Shown one piece after another: positions 37,918-50,132 of a stretch of DNA of 64,000 nt (the first letter of the stretch is position 1; every line of letters starts with the position of its first letter). Below the pieces are notes generated by a model, which worked only from the letters and a program-made list of their open reading frames with translations, was not told the origin of the DNA and made no database searches. This stretch comes from Octopus sinensis (Eukaryota), in NCBI RefSeq assembly GCF_006345805.1, contig NC_043019.1, positions 14,445,360-14,509,359 of the forward strand. The letters run 5' to 3'. The translations under genes were made by a program, and so were the position numbers.

Positions 37918-39085
37918 ATTCGAGTTCTTGGATTCATTGCTGTGGTCAGCATCTTCTTTCTACTGTTTGCCTGGAAGCAATATTCTGTGAATAAAGAATA
38001 TACAGGGACAACATTAAACAAACAAACCAAAAGTTTATAAATAATTCTAAGGAATTTCCAAATAATCAAGTGCATCATATAAATAAGAAAACTGTAAGCA
38101 AAAAGAAACAGGAATTGGTTCAGTTAAACAACAAAACTAAATATATATTTTTTACTGTGTTGATCATAGAGGTTGTGGAGGTTGGGGAGATAGACAGCAT
38201 GGAATAATTTCTATATATTTAATGGCACAGGCCATGGGTCGTCGTTTTGGCATCATTATTTCAAGACTTTGTAATTTTACTAATTATCTTCAACCAAACA
38301 AAATTAACTGGACAATTGACCCAAAAGAGTTGCATGGCCTAAGAAGTCGTCACCTTCATTTGGTTGACAACAATACGTACATTTCCTCTTTACAATCAGC
38401 AGACTTAGAAATGCTTTACCCTGAAGATGTCCTCTATCTGACAACAAATCGAATCTATTTTCATGCCTTGAAACGGAATCCTCGCTACAAAGAACAACTG
38501 CATTGGGCATCAAAAATGTCATATGGAAATTTATTTGCTAAAATGATGAATTTATTGTTTCGCTTCAGCGATCATTTACAGGAAAAATTTGACAAATTCT
38601 TTGAAGTCAATATCCCCAGGCCAGATATACATCTGGTGTGTGCTCAGATTCGAATGGGACAGAACCCTAGTGTTCCAAGAGATTGCCCAAGGAATTCAAT
38701 GTCAAGTATTCAGATTATCTGGAACTTGTTAAATAAGTACAAAATATTTGTGACAACAGACTCAGAAGTGGTACAGGCGATAGCTTTTAAAAAATTTTCT
38801 CCTCAAATTGTGTACACATCAGGGGGAATAATGCATATGGATCGGCCACGTAAGGAGATGAAAAACAAGTGTGATGGTGTAAGGAAGTCGCTTATGGACC
38901 AATATATTCTGAGTGAATGTGATACGTTGATAATAAGCCGAAGTGGTTTTGGTGAAAATGCTATGATGATGAGACAAAGAGAAAACAACCTGTTTTATTT
39001 TAAACATGGAGAAATACAGCAAATCAACAAAGAAAAAGTTTCTACCTGGTGGCCAAAAAAATGGTGTGGGGGAATTATATCTTGA
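37918..39085 (+). pseudogene. Glycosyltransferase copy c2; two 1-bp deletions in the stem region and a 15-bp in-frame deletion (pseudogene or sequencing errors)
   Basis: Relative to c1/c3: aaacacaacc>aaacaaacc (~38024) and tattatttttt>tatatttttt (~38146). NTSKY is lost at ~38740 between AAGTACAA direct repeats. The catalytic frame 38222-39085 is otherwise open. Confidence 0.75.
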
Positions 39086-41246
39086 CAAACAGAATCTGAA
39101 AGTGACATCCATGTATCATCATCATGTCAAGATCTTAAGATACTGGATGCATAGAATTTCATTGGTCTTTCAATAAAACAGCTTATGGGGAATAAGGTAT
39201 AACATACATAGCAATGGATTTTCCTTCAAAACCAGAATTTTTTCTTGAAATTCTACTGAAGAACTATTAAAAATCTTCAAATTTCTATAGGCAACTTATA
39301 TCATTGTTTTATGCCTAATTTCCCATGAATATCTGTTTGGATACTTTTCCTGAATGATGAACCTCAGGAAGATGACGAACCAAGTTCTAGTATGGGTCCA
39401 CCATCGTATACAAGACTCATTTGCCTTGATACCTTTATTCCATTGATTTTATGTCCTGATGGAAATGTTCTCCATGCTAGTCACTTATGTCACCAAGATC
39501 TTTAGGGAATTCATCATGGTGGCTGTGGGCATTGTGCAGCTTTATGCTTATATTTGCTGTCAAGTTTTGAAAGTTCTCCAGCCATGTTGTCAACTATTTC
39601 AGCATAACTGGTTGCTTTCTTCTTTCCCAGAAAGTTATTTACAACTATTACAAATAAGTTTCATGTTTCATGTTCTCATCTTTCATAGATTTTCTGATTT
39701 GAGGCTCGTCAAATATTCCAGCATTTATCTTTTTGCTGCTCAGACTGGGAAACATGCTGCAAATATAGTGAAAAAATGGTTTGTCTTTATCCAGAACTTC
39801 AACAATCTGCTTCATAATACCAACTTTGATATGGACTGGATGAAGATATTTATTTTTTAAATAAATGCCTTGAATTAACGGTTTGTAGTGGTAGCTAGAT
39901 AGTTGAATGATCTGTCTTGCAAGAAAGTTTGCAGAGTAACCTCCCCTCTCTAAGTTTCTCCAAGCATTTGTGTCAGGAGACACGATTCTTAATTATTCAA
40001 GAGGCTTAGCATTTCTCTTGGAAGTTTCTAGAATGTTTAGCGTTCCATTAATAAAAACAACTTGCTAACCCTGCTCCTTGCTTCTTAGTTGATTAGACTT
40101 AGAGCCATTCACATTATTCCTATGCCCGTCTATTTCTCTACGCCACATGACCGAAAGCCACCACTTAGCTGTTATTTCTGTATTTTCTATCTCTGAATTT
40201 TCTTGCATAGATTACTTCATTCAACTAGATTCTACAATTTTGGTTATGTAATAAAAATATTTTTATGCAGTAAATTTATAGAACTTGAATTTATATTTTA
40301 TTTCTATTTCTAATAATGTACACGCAACCACGTCACCACCTGGTACTGTCTATATATAACCACTACCAACTCTTCAGCCACATTAAAAGACCCTGGAACT
40401 AACATTTTCTCTGGTCATTGTTTGATTATCCAATGTTTTTCCTTGGCTCTAAATTTCTGACACAATTTCCACAGACGATGCATTTTTCTGAAAATTGAGG
40501 AAAATTGCAAAATTTGTGGCGTTTTGGTATCTTGAAATCTAGGCATGATAATTCAACATTTCAAAAGCCTTCAAACCAAGTAAAAATCTCCTGACAATAA
40601 AATACCTGCTGGGTTGTGTAATTAAAATTGTTAAATGATTTCAAATGTTTGTCTTGCTCACCTTCATCACAAGGTATTGATTGCCCCAGGGATTCAGTGG
40701 AAAATAACTGCTCAAGGTACCATTCACTGGGATTGAACCCAAATCCATATGACTGATTTTCAACCATAACTTTTACCAATTTCCACGTTGGTGAAATCCG
40801 TAAGTTTGCTAACATGAGATAAGTCTCCCGTCTAGCAATGGCGCAAAAGAAAACGTTGGGTAAATTTTTAGATTAACACTTGCATGATTTTCACTAAGAA
40901 AAAGAAAAACTTGGATTTTTTTGAGTGGAATCATGTTCCCTCACCCAATATGCGGCAAATCTCGTATTTTGGTTCGGAAAAAAGGGGGGCAGGGCAAGGG
41001 AGGGGAACCCCCTTCCCCATTCCCGGAATCATTTGGAATATTTGTTTTTTTCGTTGAATGAATACCTTTGACCTCCTAATATGTTACAAAACCTTTTTGG
41101 TATCTGAATAATGGGGTGGGGTGAGGTGGAAGCCTCGGAAATTTTACCCACTCCCAACGTTTTAGGGAAACAAATTTCCAGATTGTGAATTACATGGTTC
41201 ATTATTAAATATTACCGTCCCCTTCCATCATTCTTTTTGTTCTTTA

Positions 41247-44200
41247 TGTAGTTCAGGCTTCTGGCATGCAAAGAGAAAAGACCTCAAGTACAACTGCTAT
41301 TTACAACTGGATTATTTAGAGGAAAGGTGAAGTGTGCTACTCTCAGCAACCACCTTAAGCTCCGATTGTATGGGCTTATAGCCACTGGAGATAGACAGGC
41401 AGAAAGCCTCAGCCAGTGTTGGTGTTCAGACAATGCTGCTGCGTAATGGCGCCAAAAGAGAAAAGACAGGACTGAATCGGTTTTCCGTCTACATCACTTC
41501 CATCATGAGCCTCGTTGTGTTCTCGCACATGGCAAAATGGATGCAGGTGAGGTCTCGCTCCAGTCTCAGAGATGGCAATGGCTGCTGTGAGATCTCATCC
41601 AATATGGTGCTGGCTGTTGGTCCTGCTACAAAGGGCTCCCCACTGAGTGCGGAAGTACGGAAACAGAATAATTGGAGCAGGCACAAGAAAGAGCAAAGAT
41701 GACAACTGATCGCAACCAAGATATGGCACAAATATGTCACAAGTCAAATAGAAAAATAACTGCAAGAAATTTAAATTGGCATGCACAAAATTTGACAAAA
41801 TGTTCAATGGCAGAGTATTGGAACTGCCCAGTAACACAAGAAAGTGATTGTCTGTCACAGAAAACACAAAAGAGATTGTCAGATATAAATAGTTTTAGTG
41901 AGTTTTTAGGCCAATGCAGAGTGCAGCCAGTCCTGGTGACAAAGGGTTTGTTCATGTTAGGCAGTGGCGACGAAGGTATGGGTGATGGTGTGGTCAAAGG
42001 TGCATGTGCAGGTGGATGTGTAGGTGGTTGTAAAGGATCAAAGGTGGGCTTGTTTGGGGTGTCATCGAAGGGTGTGGACACCTCAAGATATGCACTTTTA
42101 AGTCTGTCGACCGACACAGTCTCTGTTCGACCATTGATGTTGAGACTAAAAGTTTTGGGTGCATGTGATAGCACACGAAATGGTCCCTTATAAGGAGAAA
42201 CGAGAAGTCCTCTGACAGAATCATCCCGAACAAAAACATCAGTCCATTTGTCAATATCCGGAGGGACGTGAGAGGGAATAGACTAGTCACGCGGCTGCAT
42301 GGGTGGAAGACTTGAGAAATACAAGCGAAGTCTAGTGACATACAATGTTGGATCGGGGGACGATGAGTTGTCTGGCACTAACATTGTACCAGGGAGTGCC
42401 AGGGTGGTACCGTAAATGAGTTCAGCAGAGGAGAAGCCTAAGTCTGCTTTAACAGCAGCGCGACAATCAAAAAGAATGATAGGCAGGAATTCTGTCCTAG
42501 ACTGCGAGTCAGAAGTGACGCATAGAGCAGCTTTCAGTTGCCTGTGAAAACGTTCAACCATCCCACTGGAGGCTGGGTTGTAGCTGGTTGTACGAATGTG
42601 ATGAACTCCTAGGATTCGTGATAATTCACGAAATAGGGAAGCCTCGAACTGGCGTCCGCGATCAGTGGTTATTTAAGCAGGGACTCCAAAGCGAGCAATC
42701 CAGTTAGAAACGAAAGCTCGAGCAACTGACTCAGCGGAAATGAACACTATTGGAATGGCCTCTGGCCAACGAGAGAAATGGTCGACGCATATCAATATGT
42801 AAGAGAAACTGCGACTGACAGGCCATGGTCCAACCAGATCAATGTGGACATGGCGAAAATGAGCCTCCGGAGGGGAAAACTGTCCGAGAGAAGTGTGAAT
42901 ATACCTGTGGATTTTAGAACATTGACATTTTACTCAAGGGCGTGCCCAATCAGTGATCATCCGGCGCATCCGCCAGAAAAACCGAATAAGCTTCACCGAG
43001 GCAGCAACGCCAGGATGTGACAGTGAATGCAAGGCATCAAAAACGGAGCGCTGGTGGTTCTCAGGTACAAACGGCCTGGGAGAACCAGTAGCCGTGTCAG
43101 CAGTCGGAAGTGGCAGATAGGCAAATTTGCAGCAGGACAACATGGTAGAATCTAAATCCAAAGCGTCCAGAGCCGGCTGATCCTGTGCAATGGCAGTTAA
43201 ATCGATTGCTGCAGGAGATGAAAGGGAGCACACAGGAAGACAAGAGAATGCGTCAGCAGGCACGTTCTCTGTTGCAGGAATGTGCCGAATGTCACTCGTG
43301 AACTGGGAAATGTAGGCCAGGTGACGAAAAGCATGAGGCGAGTGGTTGTTCGATTTAGATGGCAGAGCAAACGTAAGACGCTTGTGATCAGTATAAATCA
43401 CAAAATCTCGGCCCTCGACTTGATATTGAAAATGATGAACTGACAGGTAGATCGCCAAAAACTCGAGATCAAACGTACTGTACCGACGTTGAGCTGGCTT
43501 TAATTGATGAGAAAAAAACCCCTCCAAAGGTTTAGTCTGATTGTCTACGGTGTGCTGCAAAACAGCATCAACTGCAGAATCCGATGCATCAACGGTCAAA
43601 GAGAGAGGGGCGTTGGGAACTGGATATGCAAGCAAAGGGACAGAAGCTATTTCCTTCTTAATGGACTCAAGAGCAGATAACCCCCTCGTCAGATAAAGCA
43701 ATAGGAGGATTCTTTTTGTTATCTACTTTCAATAGCAGAGTCAGGGGAAGTAACTTGTCTGCACAATTTCTAACGAAGTGTCTGTAAAAATTGACAATGC
43801 CCCAAAATTTACGAAGTTGGAGTAGTGAAGTGTCGGGGGTGCGATGCTTTGAATGGCATCGACTTTGGAAGAGAGAGGTTTGATGCCACTCGAGTCAATA
43901 TGATGTCCCAGAAATTCAAGAGAAGATTTCCCGAAAACACACTTGCCAGGATTAATACGCACACCACAGGCACGAAGAGGCTGAAAAAGCTGAGACACAA
44001 GTAGCAGAGATGATTGTCACGTGTGTCGCTTGCAATGAGTATGTCACCAACATAAGCGAACACAAAATCAAATCCGCGGACGACTTCCTCAATGAAACGC
44101 TGGAACGTACTGGTAGCGTTCCGCAAACCAAAACTCACACTCTCTCTTTTACTCTTTTACTTGTTTCAGTCATTTGACTGCGGCCATGCTGGAGCACCGC

Positions 44201-44358
44201 CTTTAATCGAGCAATTAGACCCCGGGACTTATTCTTTGTAAGCCCAGTGCTTATTCTTTCGGTCTCTTTTGCCGAACCGCTAAGTGACGGGGACGTAAAC
44301 ACACCAGCATCGGTTGTCAAGCGATGTTGGGGGGACAAACACAGACACACAAACACAT

Positions 44359-44427
<69 letters not shown>

Positions 44428-44982
44428 TACGACAGGCTTCTTTCAGTTTCCGTCTACCAAATCCACTCACAAGGCATTGGTCGGCCCGGGGCTATAGCAG
44501 AAGACACTTGCCCAAGATGCCACGCAGTGGGACTGAACCCAGAACCATGTGGTTGGTAAGCAAGCTACTTACCACACAGCCATTCCTACGCCTATACGAA
44601 CTATATCGAACTTATTATTGATGTGGGCACTCCAGCTGAGATTGTTGTCAACAATTACTCCTAGCTCTCTAATATTACTAGATGCTCTGGTATTATTACA
44701 TAACCAGGTGTTTCATTTTAATTTCATGACGAGTGGAATTATAAAGTATAGTAGTTAACCACTATAGCAGAAGACACATGCCCAAGATGCCACGCAGTGG
44801 GACTGAACCCAGAACCATGCGGTTGGTAAGCAAGCTACTTACCACACAGCCACTCATATATAGAAACTGAAAACAACCAAAAGGAGTGTAAGTCAGTTTT
44901 TGGAATATCGGCTGGGTTGACCTGTATCTGATGACAGGTGCGCGAATGAGGTCAACTTTAGAAAAGATGGTACAACCATGAA
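41247..44982 (-). mobile_element. Gypsy family-1 element, more complete copy (RT, RNaseH, integrase, 3' LTR 41247-41630), interrupted by a SINE and cut by the gap
   Basis: RNaseH motif LTVDASDSAV...YSTFDLEFLAIY...IYTDHK, integrase motif MVERFHRQLKAAL, and RT motif SFGLRNATSTFQRF. Confidence 0.9.
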
Positions 44983-45082
44983 NNNNNNNNNNNNNNNNNN
45001 NNNNNNNNNNNNNNNNNNNNNNNNNNNNNNNNNNNNNNNNNNNNNNNNNNNNNNNNNNNNNNNNNNNNNNNNNNNNNNNNNN
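44983..45082. other. Assembly gap (100 N)
   Basis: A run of exactly 100 N, a typical placeholder of unknown size. Confidence 1.
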
Positions 45083-45715
45083 TCTCTAGATTTAAATAAC
45101 ACCTAGCTTTTCTACCAGTAATCGTTTAACAATCCTCTACACTTGATTGTACTATTGGTCTTTATAATTTGAAACTTATAATTTATAAATTTATAATTTT
45201 GTATCTACATATATATGTTCTATATTGATTGTTTGTTGTCCTGGCTTGTAAAAAATATACCAAAAATATATATATATTTTGGGATATGCATGGCACTCTG
45301 ATATTCATAGAGATTTCCAAAGTTGACGGGTGTGTATGCGTATCATATTTTGGGGAGCTGGTTTTAGATTCTGTCATACTAATATGTAATAAATGCGAGT
45401 CTATATTGAGTATACATTGTTTATTTTGGTTGAGCATATGGGTTTTTGGCAGTCTTATATATTAAGTTTATCTTTATACTCATCTTAATTTGTATTTTAT
45501 GGTATTTATCTATTTATTTATTCATTTATTTATATGTAGATAAATACATATATATCTAATTATTTTTTACTTGTTTATTTATTTATTTATTTTTGTTTTT
45601 TTTGTTTATTTATTTATTTACTTATTTATTTATTTTTTTCTATTTTATTTTATTTATATATTTTTAAACTTTATTATTTTTATTGTATTTTATTTTTTAT
45701 TATTTTATTATATAT

Positions 45716-45790
<75 letters not shown>

Positions 45791-45799
<9 letters not shown>

Positions 45800-47826
45800 C
45801 AATTTTTATTTTTATTTATTTTATTTTATTTTATTATATTTTATTTTTAAGTAATAACACTTATTAATTTATAATTTTTTACTTATATATTATTTAATGG
45901 TGGGTCCTGTTAATTATTATATATGTATTTGTGCGTCCGCTGATATTTGAATATATATATATGTACTGCGAATGTTTGCATACACATTAAATGTGAATGC
46001 ACATATGTTTGTTGTTATGCACGAGTGTGTTATGTGTGAGTGTGTGTATAGGGATGTGTGGATGTGAATATAGTTTTCCTGGTTTGTTGGTGAGAGATTG
46101 AATAGAAGTGTAATGGTGATGTAGCGATGTAAGAGTTCAAATGATGTGATGTTTTGTGTATAAAATGTACGGTGTTGTTTTGATTATATATCTTGGAATA
46201 GTGGCGTATTTTGACTATTTACAATTAATTTCTTATAACTTAATTAATGGAAATTTGTGTTAACTTGGTATGTATGTGTTTATGCGTCCTTTGATAACCA
46301 AACATAAACATGTATTTTGTATTTTATAATTTGGTAAATGTTGAGTGGAGGCGTAGTGGAGATATAATGATATGGACATTTTTAGTTCTAAGATAATTTG
46401 TTTACGAAAAATACGATGTTATTTTAATTATGTAACTTATGATAATTTACATTCTTCATCTAGGTATAAATGTATGTATGATTGCATATACGGATTTATG
46501 GACATATGTGAGTGGATCTGTTTGAAAGCATGTATGTGTGTGTATAGGTGAGCTAGTATCTCTTATGTTATGTTGTGATTTGGTTGTGTATATGAGTATG
46601 TGCGCACGTTTGTAAATGTGCGTGCGCATGTGTATGTTTCCCAGCTAACCAACCGTAAAATAACTATTGTAATTCAAATTTAAAAGTATAGGCCAATCAA
46701 ATGCATCTGTGGAAATTAATACCATGTAAACAGAATAATTTGACTGCTTGCATGTATGTGCAGATATTTGTGGTATTTTGTTGGTATTTAGTTTTGCTAC
46801 TATATTGCTAATTATGTGATATATGTATTGTTTTATTAGTAATGATGTTATTAGTAATAAGAATATTGATATTGGTAGCATTATTGTTATTGATAACAGT
46901 ATTGGTATTAACATTAATGACTTTTTGTAAATTAATACAAATTAATATATGTACTGTTTACTATATATATCTGCATTAAGTATGAATATGTCTATGTTCT
47001 CTACGTTGTAATATCTTAATATAAAGTTGAAAAATTGTAACATTCAATATAGAACATCTATATGTTTATTGATTTATATTATTTATATTATTATGTATAT
47101 GTATATGTGTATATATAAGAGTATGAGTATATGCACTCATATTTATATGTAAATGATTTATTATGGGTATGTACCCATACTTATATAAGTATATATGTAA
47201 CTTGGTTTATACTTTAGAATCTCTGAAGAGGCCTTAAGATATTTTTGTTAATGTCTCATTTATAACTTCATATTGACCTACAATACATGGCTAATATAGG
47301 TAAAATGAGACATACTTATCTGCATGGCCGAAACAGCTATAAGTTATAGTGTATATGTATATTTATATCTTTTTATATTTATTTAGTTATATCCTCTTAT
47401 AATGATTGTAATTATTGTACTGTATAACTCTTTCTTGTACACTGTTTTATTATATATTTTTATGTCTAACCTTAATGTTCTTGTGTAGTGGTTAATAAAG
47501 TATGTGATTCGGTATTATCTGATAGTTGATGAATGATTTAGATATATTTCTCCATTTTCTTATTTTGTATATATATATATGTGCAACTCGTAAACACCAG
47601 TCGTCTTTTTTCTCTTTCCCTGTTGCCCGCTCTGGGATCTTTCTTTCCTCTCTCTTCCTTCTTTATGTTTCCGACGAAGAGCTCCGCTCGAAACGTCATA
47701 CCTCCCTGCTTCCATCTCCTGAGCGCCTTTTAATAATAATACTGTAATTGTTCCTGTTGTTGTTGTTTTTTTTGTTTCCCTTTTGGATTAAAATTATATA
47801 TATATATATATATACATATATGTATG

Positions 47827-47878
<52 letters not shown>

Positions 47879-49920
47879 CAATTTTTATTTTTATTTATTT
47901 TATTTTATTTTATTATATTTTATTTTTAAGTAATAACACTTATTAATTTATAATTTTTTACTTATATATTATTTAATGGTGGGTCCTGTTAATTATTATA
48001 TATGTATTTGTGCGTCCGCTGATATTTGAATATATATATATGTACTGCGAATGTTTGCATACACATTAAATGTGAATGCACATATGTTTGTTGTTATGCA
48101 CGAGTGTGTTATGTGTGAGTGTGTGTATAGGGATGTGTGGATGTGAATATAGTTTTCCTGGTTTGTTGGTGAGAGGTTGAATAGAAGTGTAATGGTGATG
48201 TAGCGATGTAAGAGTTCAAATGATGTGATGTTTTGTGTATAAAATGTACGGTGTTGTTTTGATTATATATCTTGGAATAGTGGCGTATTTTGACTATTTA
48301 CAATTAATTTCTTATAACTTAATTAATGGAAATTTGTGTTAACTTGGTATGTATGTGTTTATGCGTCCTTTGATAACCAAACATAAACATGTATTTTGTA
48401 TTTTATAATTTGGTAAATGTTTGAGTGGAGGCGTAGTGGAGATATAATGATATGGACATTTTTAGTTCTAAGATAATTTGTTTACGAAAAATACGATGTT
48501 ATTTTAATTATGTAACTTATGATAATTTACATTCTTCATCTAGGTATAAATGTATGTATGATTGCATATACGGATTTATGGACATATGTGAGTGGATCTG
48601 TTTGAAAGCATGTATGTGTGTGTATAGGTGAGCTAGTATCTCTTATGTTATGTTGTGATTTGGTTGTGTATATGAGTATGTGCGCACGTTTGTAAATGTG
48701 CGTGCGCATGTGTATGTTTCCCAGCTAACCAACCGTAAAATAACTATTGTAATTCAAATTTAAAAGTATAGGCCAATCAAATGCATCTGTGGAAATTAAT
48801 ACCATGTAAACAGAATAATTTGACTGCTTGCATGTATGTGCAGATATTTGTGGTATTTTGTTGGTATTTAGTTTTGCTACTATATTGCTAATTATGTGAT
48901 ATATGTATTGTTTTATTAGTAATGATGTTATTAGTAATAAGAATATTGATATTGGTAGCATTATTGTTATTGATAACAGTATTGGTATTAACATTAATGA
49001 CTTTTTGTAAATTAATACAAATTAATATATGTACTGTTTACTATATATATCTGCATTAAGTATGAATATGTCTATGTTCTCTACGTTGTAATATCTTAAT
49101 ATAAAGTTGAAAAATTGTAACATTCAATATAGAACATCTATATGTTTATTGATTTATATTATTTATATTATTATGTATATGTATATGTGTATATATAAGA
49201 GTATGAGTATATGCACTCATATTTATATGTAAATGATTTATTATGGGTATGTACCCATACTTATATAAGTATATATGTAACTTGGTTTATACTTTAGAAT
49301 CTCTGAAGAGGCCTTAAGATATTTTTGTTAATGTCTCATTTATAACTTCATATTGACCTACAATACATGGCTAATATAGGTAAAATGAGACATACTTATC
49401 TGCATGGCCGAAACAGCTATAAGTTATAGTGTATATGTATATTTATATCTTTTTATATTTATTTAGTTATATCCTCTTATAATGATTGTAATTATTGTAC
49501 TGTATAACTCTTTCTTGTACACTGTTTTATTATATATTTTTATGTCTAACCTTAATGTTCTTGTGTAGTGGTTTAATAAAGTATGTGATTCGGTATTATC
49601 TGATAGTTGATGAATGATTTAGATATATTTCTCCATTTTCTTATTTTGTATATATATATATGTGCAACTCGTAAACACCAGTCGTCTTTTTTCTCTTTCC
49701 CTGTTGCCCGCTCTGGGATCTTTCTTTCCTCTCTCTTCCTTCTTTATGTTTCCGACGAAGAGCTCCGCTCGAAACGTCATACCTCCCTGCTTCCATCTCC
49801 TGAGCGCCTTTTAATAATAATACTGTAATTGTTCCTGTTGTTGTTGTTTTTTTTGTTTCCCTTTTGGATTAAAATTATATATATATATATATACATATAT
49901 GTATGTATGTATATATATAT
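45791..49920. repeat. Near-perfect 2.08-kb tandem duplication of AT-rich, possibly Penelope-derived DNA
   Basis: Identical ORFs at offsets of 2080-2081 (46645/48725 and 47526/49607). Only a few 1-bp differences are visible. Confidence 0.92.
47215..47345 (+). ncRNA. Degenerate hammerhead-like motif of the same family as 24121-24240 (duplicate at 49295-49425)
   Basis: CUGAAGA at 47223-47229, GGCC...AUGUCUCAUUU/AAAUGAGACAU...GGCC, then GAAA-C-AGCU-A-U-A (cleavage triplet decayed). Confidence 0.45.
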
Positions 49921-50132
49921 ATTATATATATATATATATAATATATATATATTTACATATATATATATAGTGTGTGTGTGTGCGTATTGTGGAAAGTTTC
50001 TGACCTACCTCATATCACTCTTAGTGTACTGTGACACAACTATTAAGTTGACAATTTTCAGGTCGTTAGCATATCAAGTTGGGAAATACTTGTTGCCACG
50101 ATTCAGAGCATTTCAGGTTTTTGTAATAGTAA

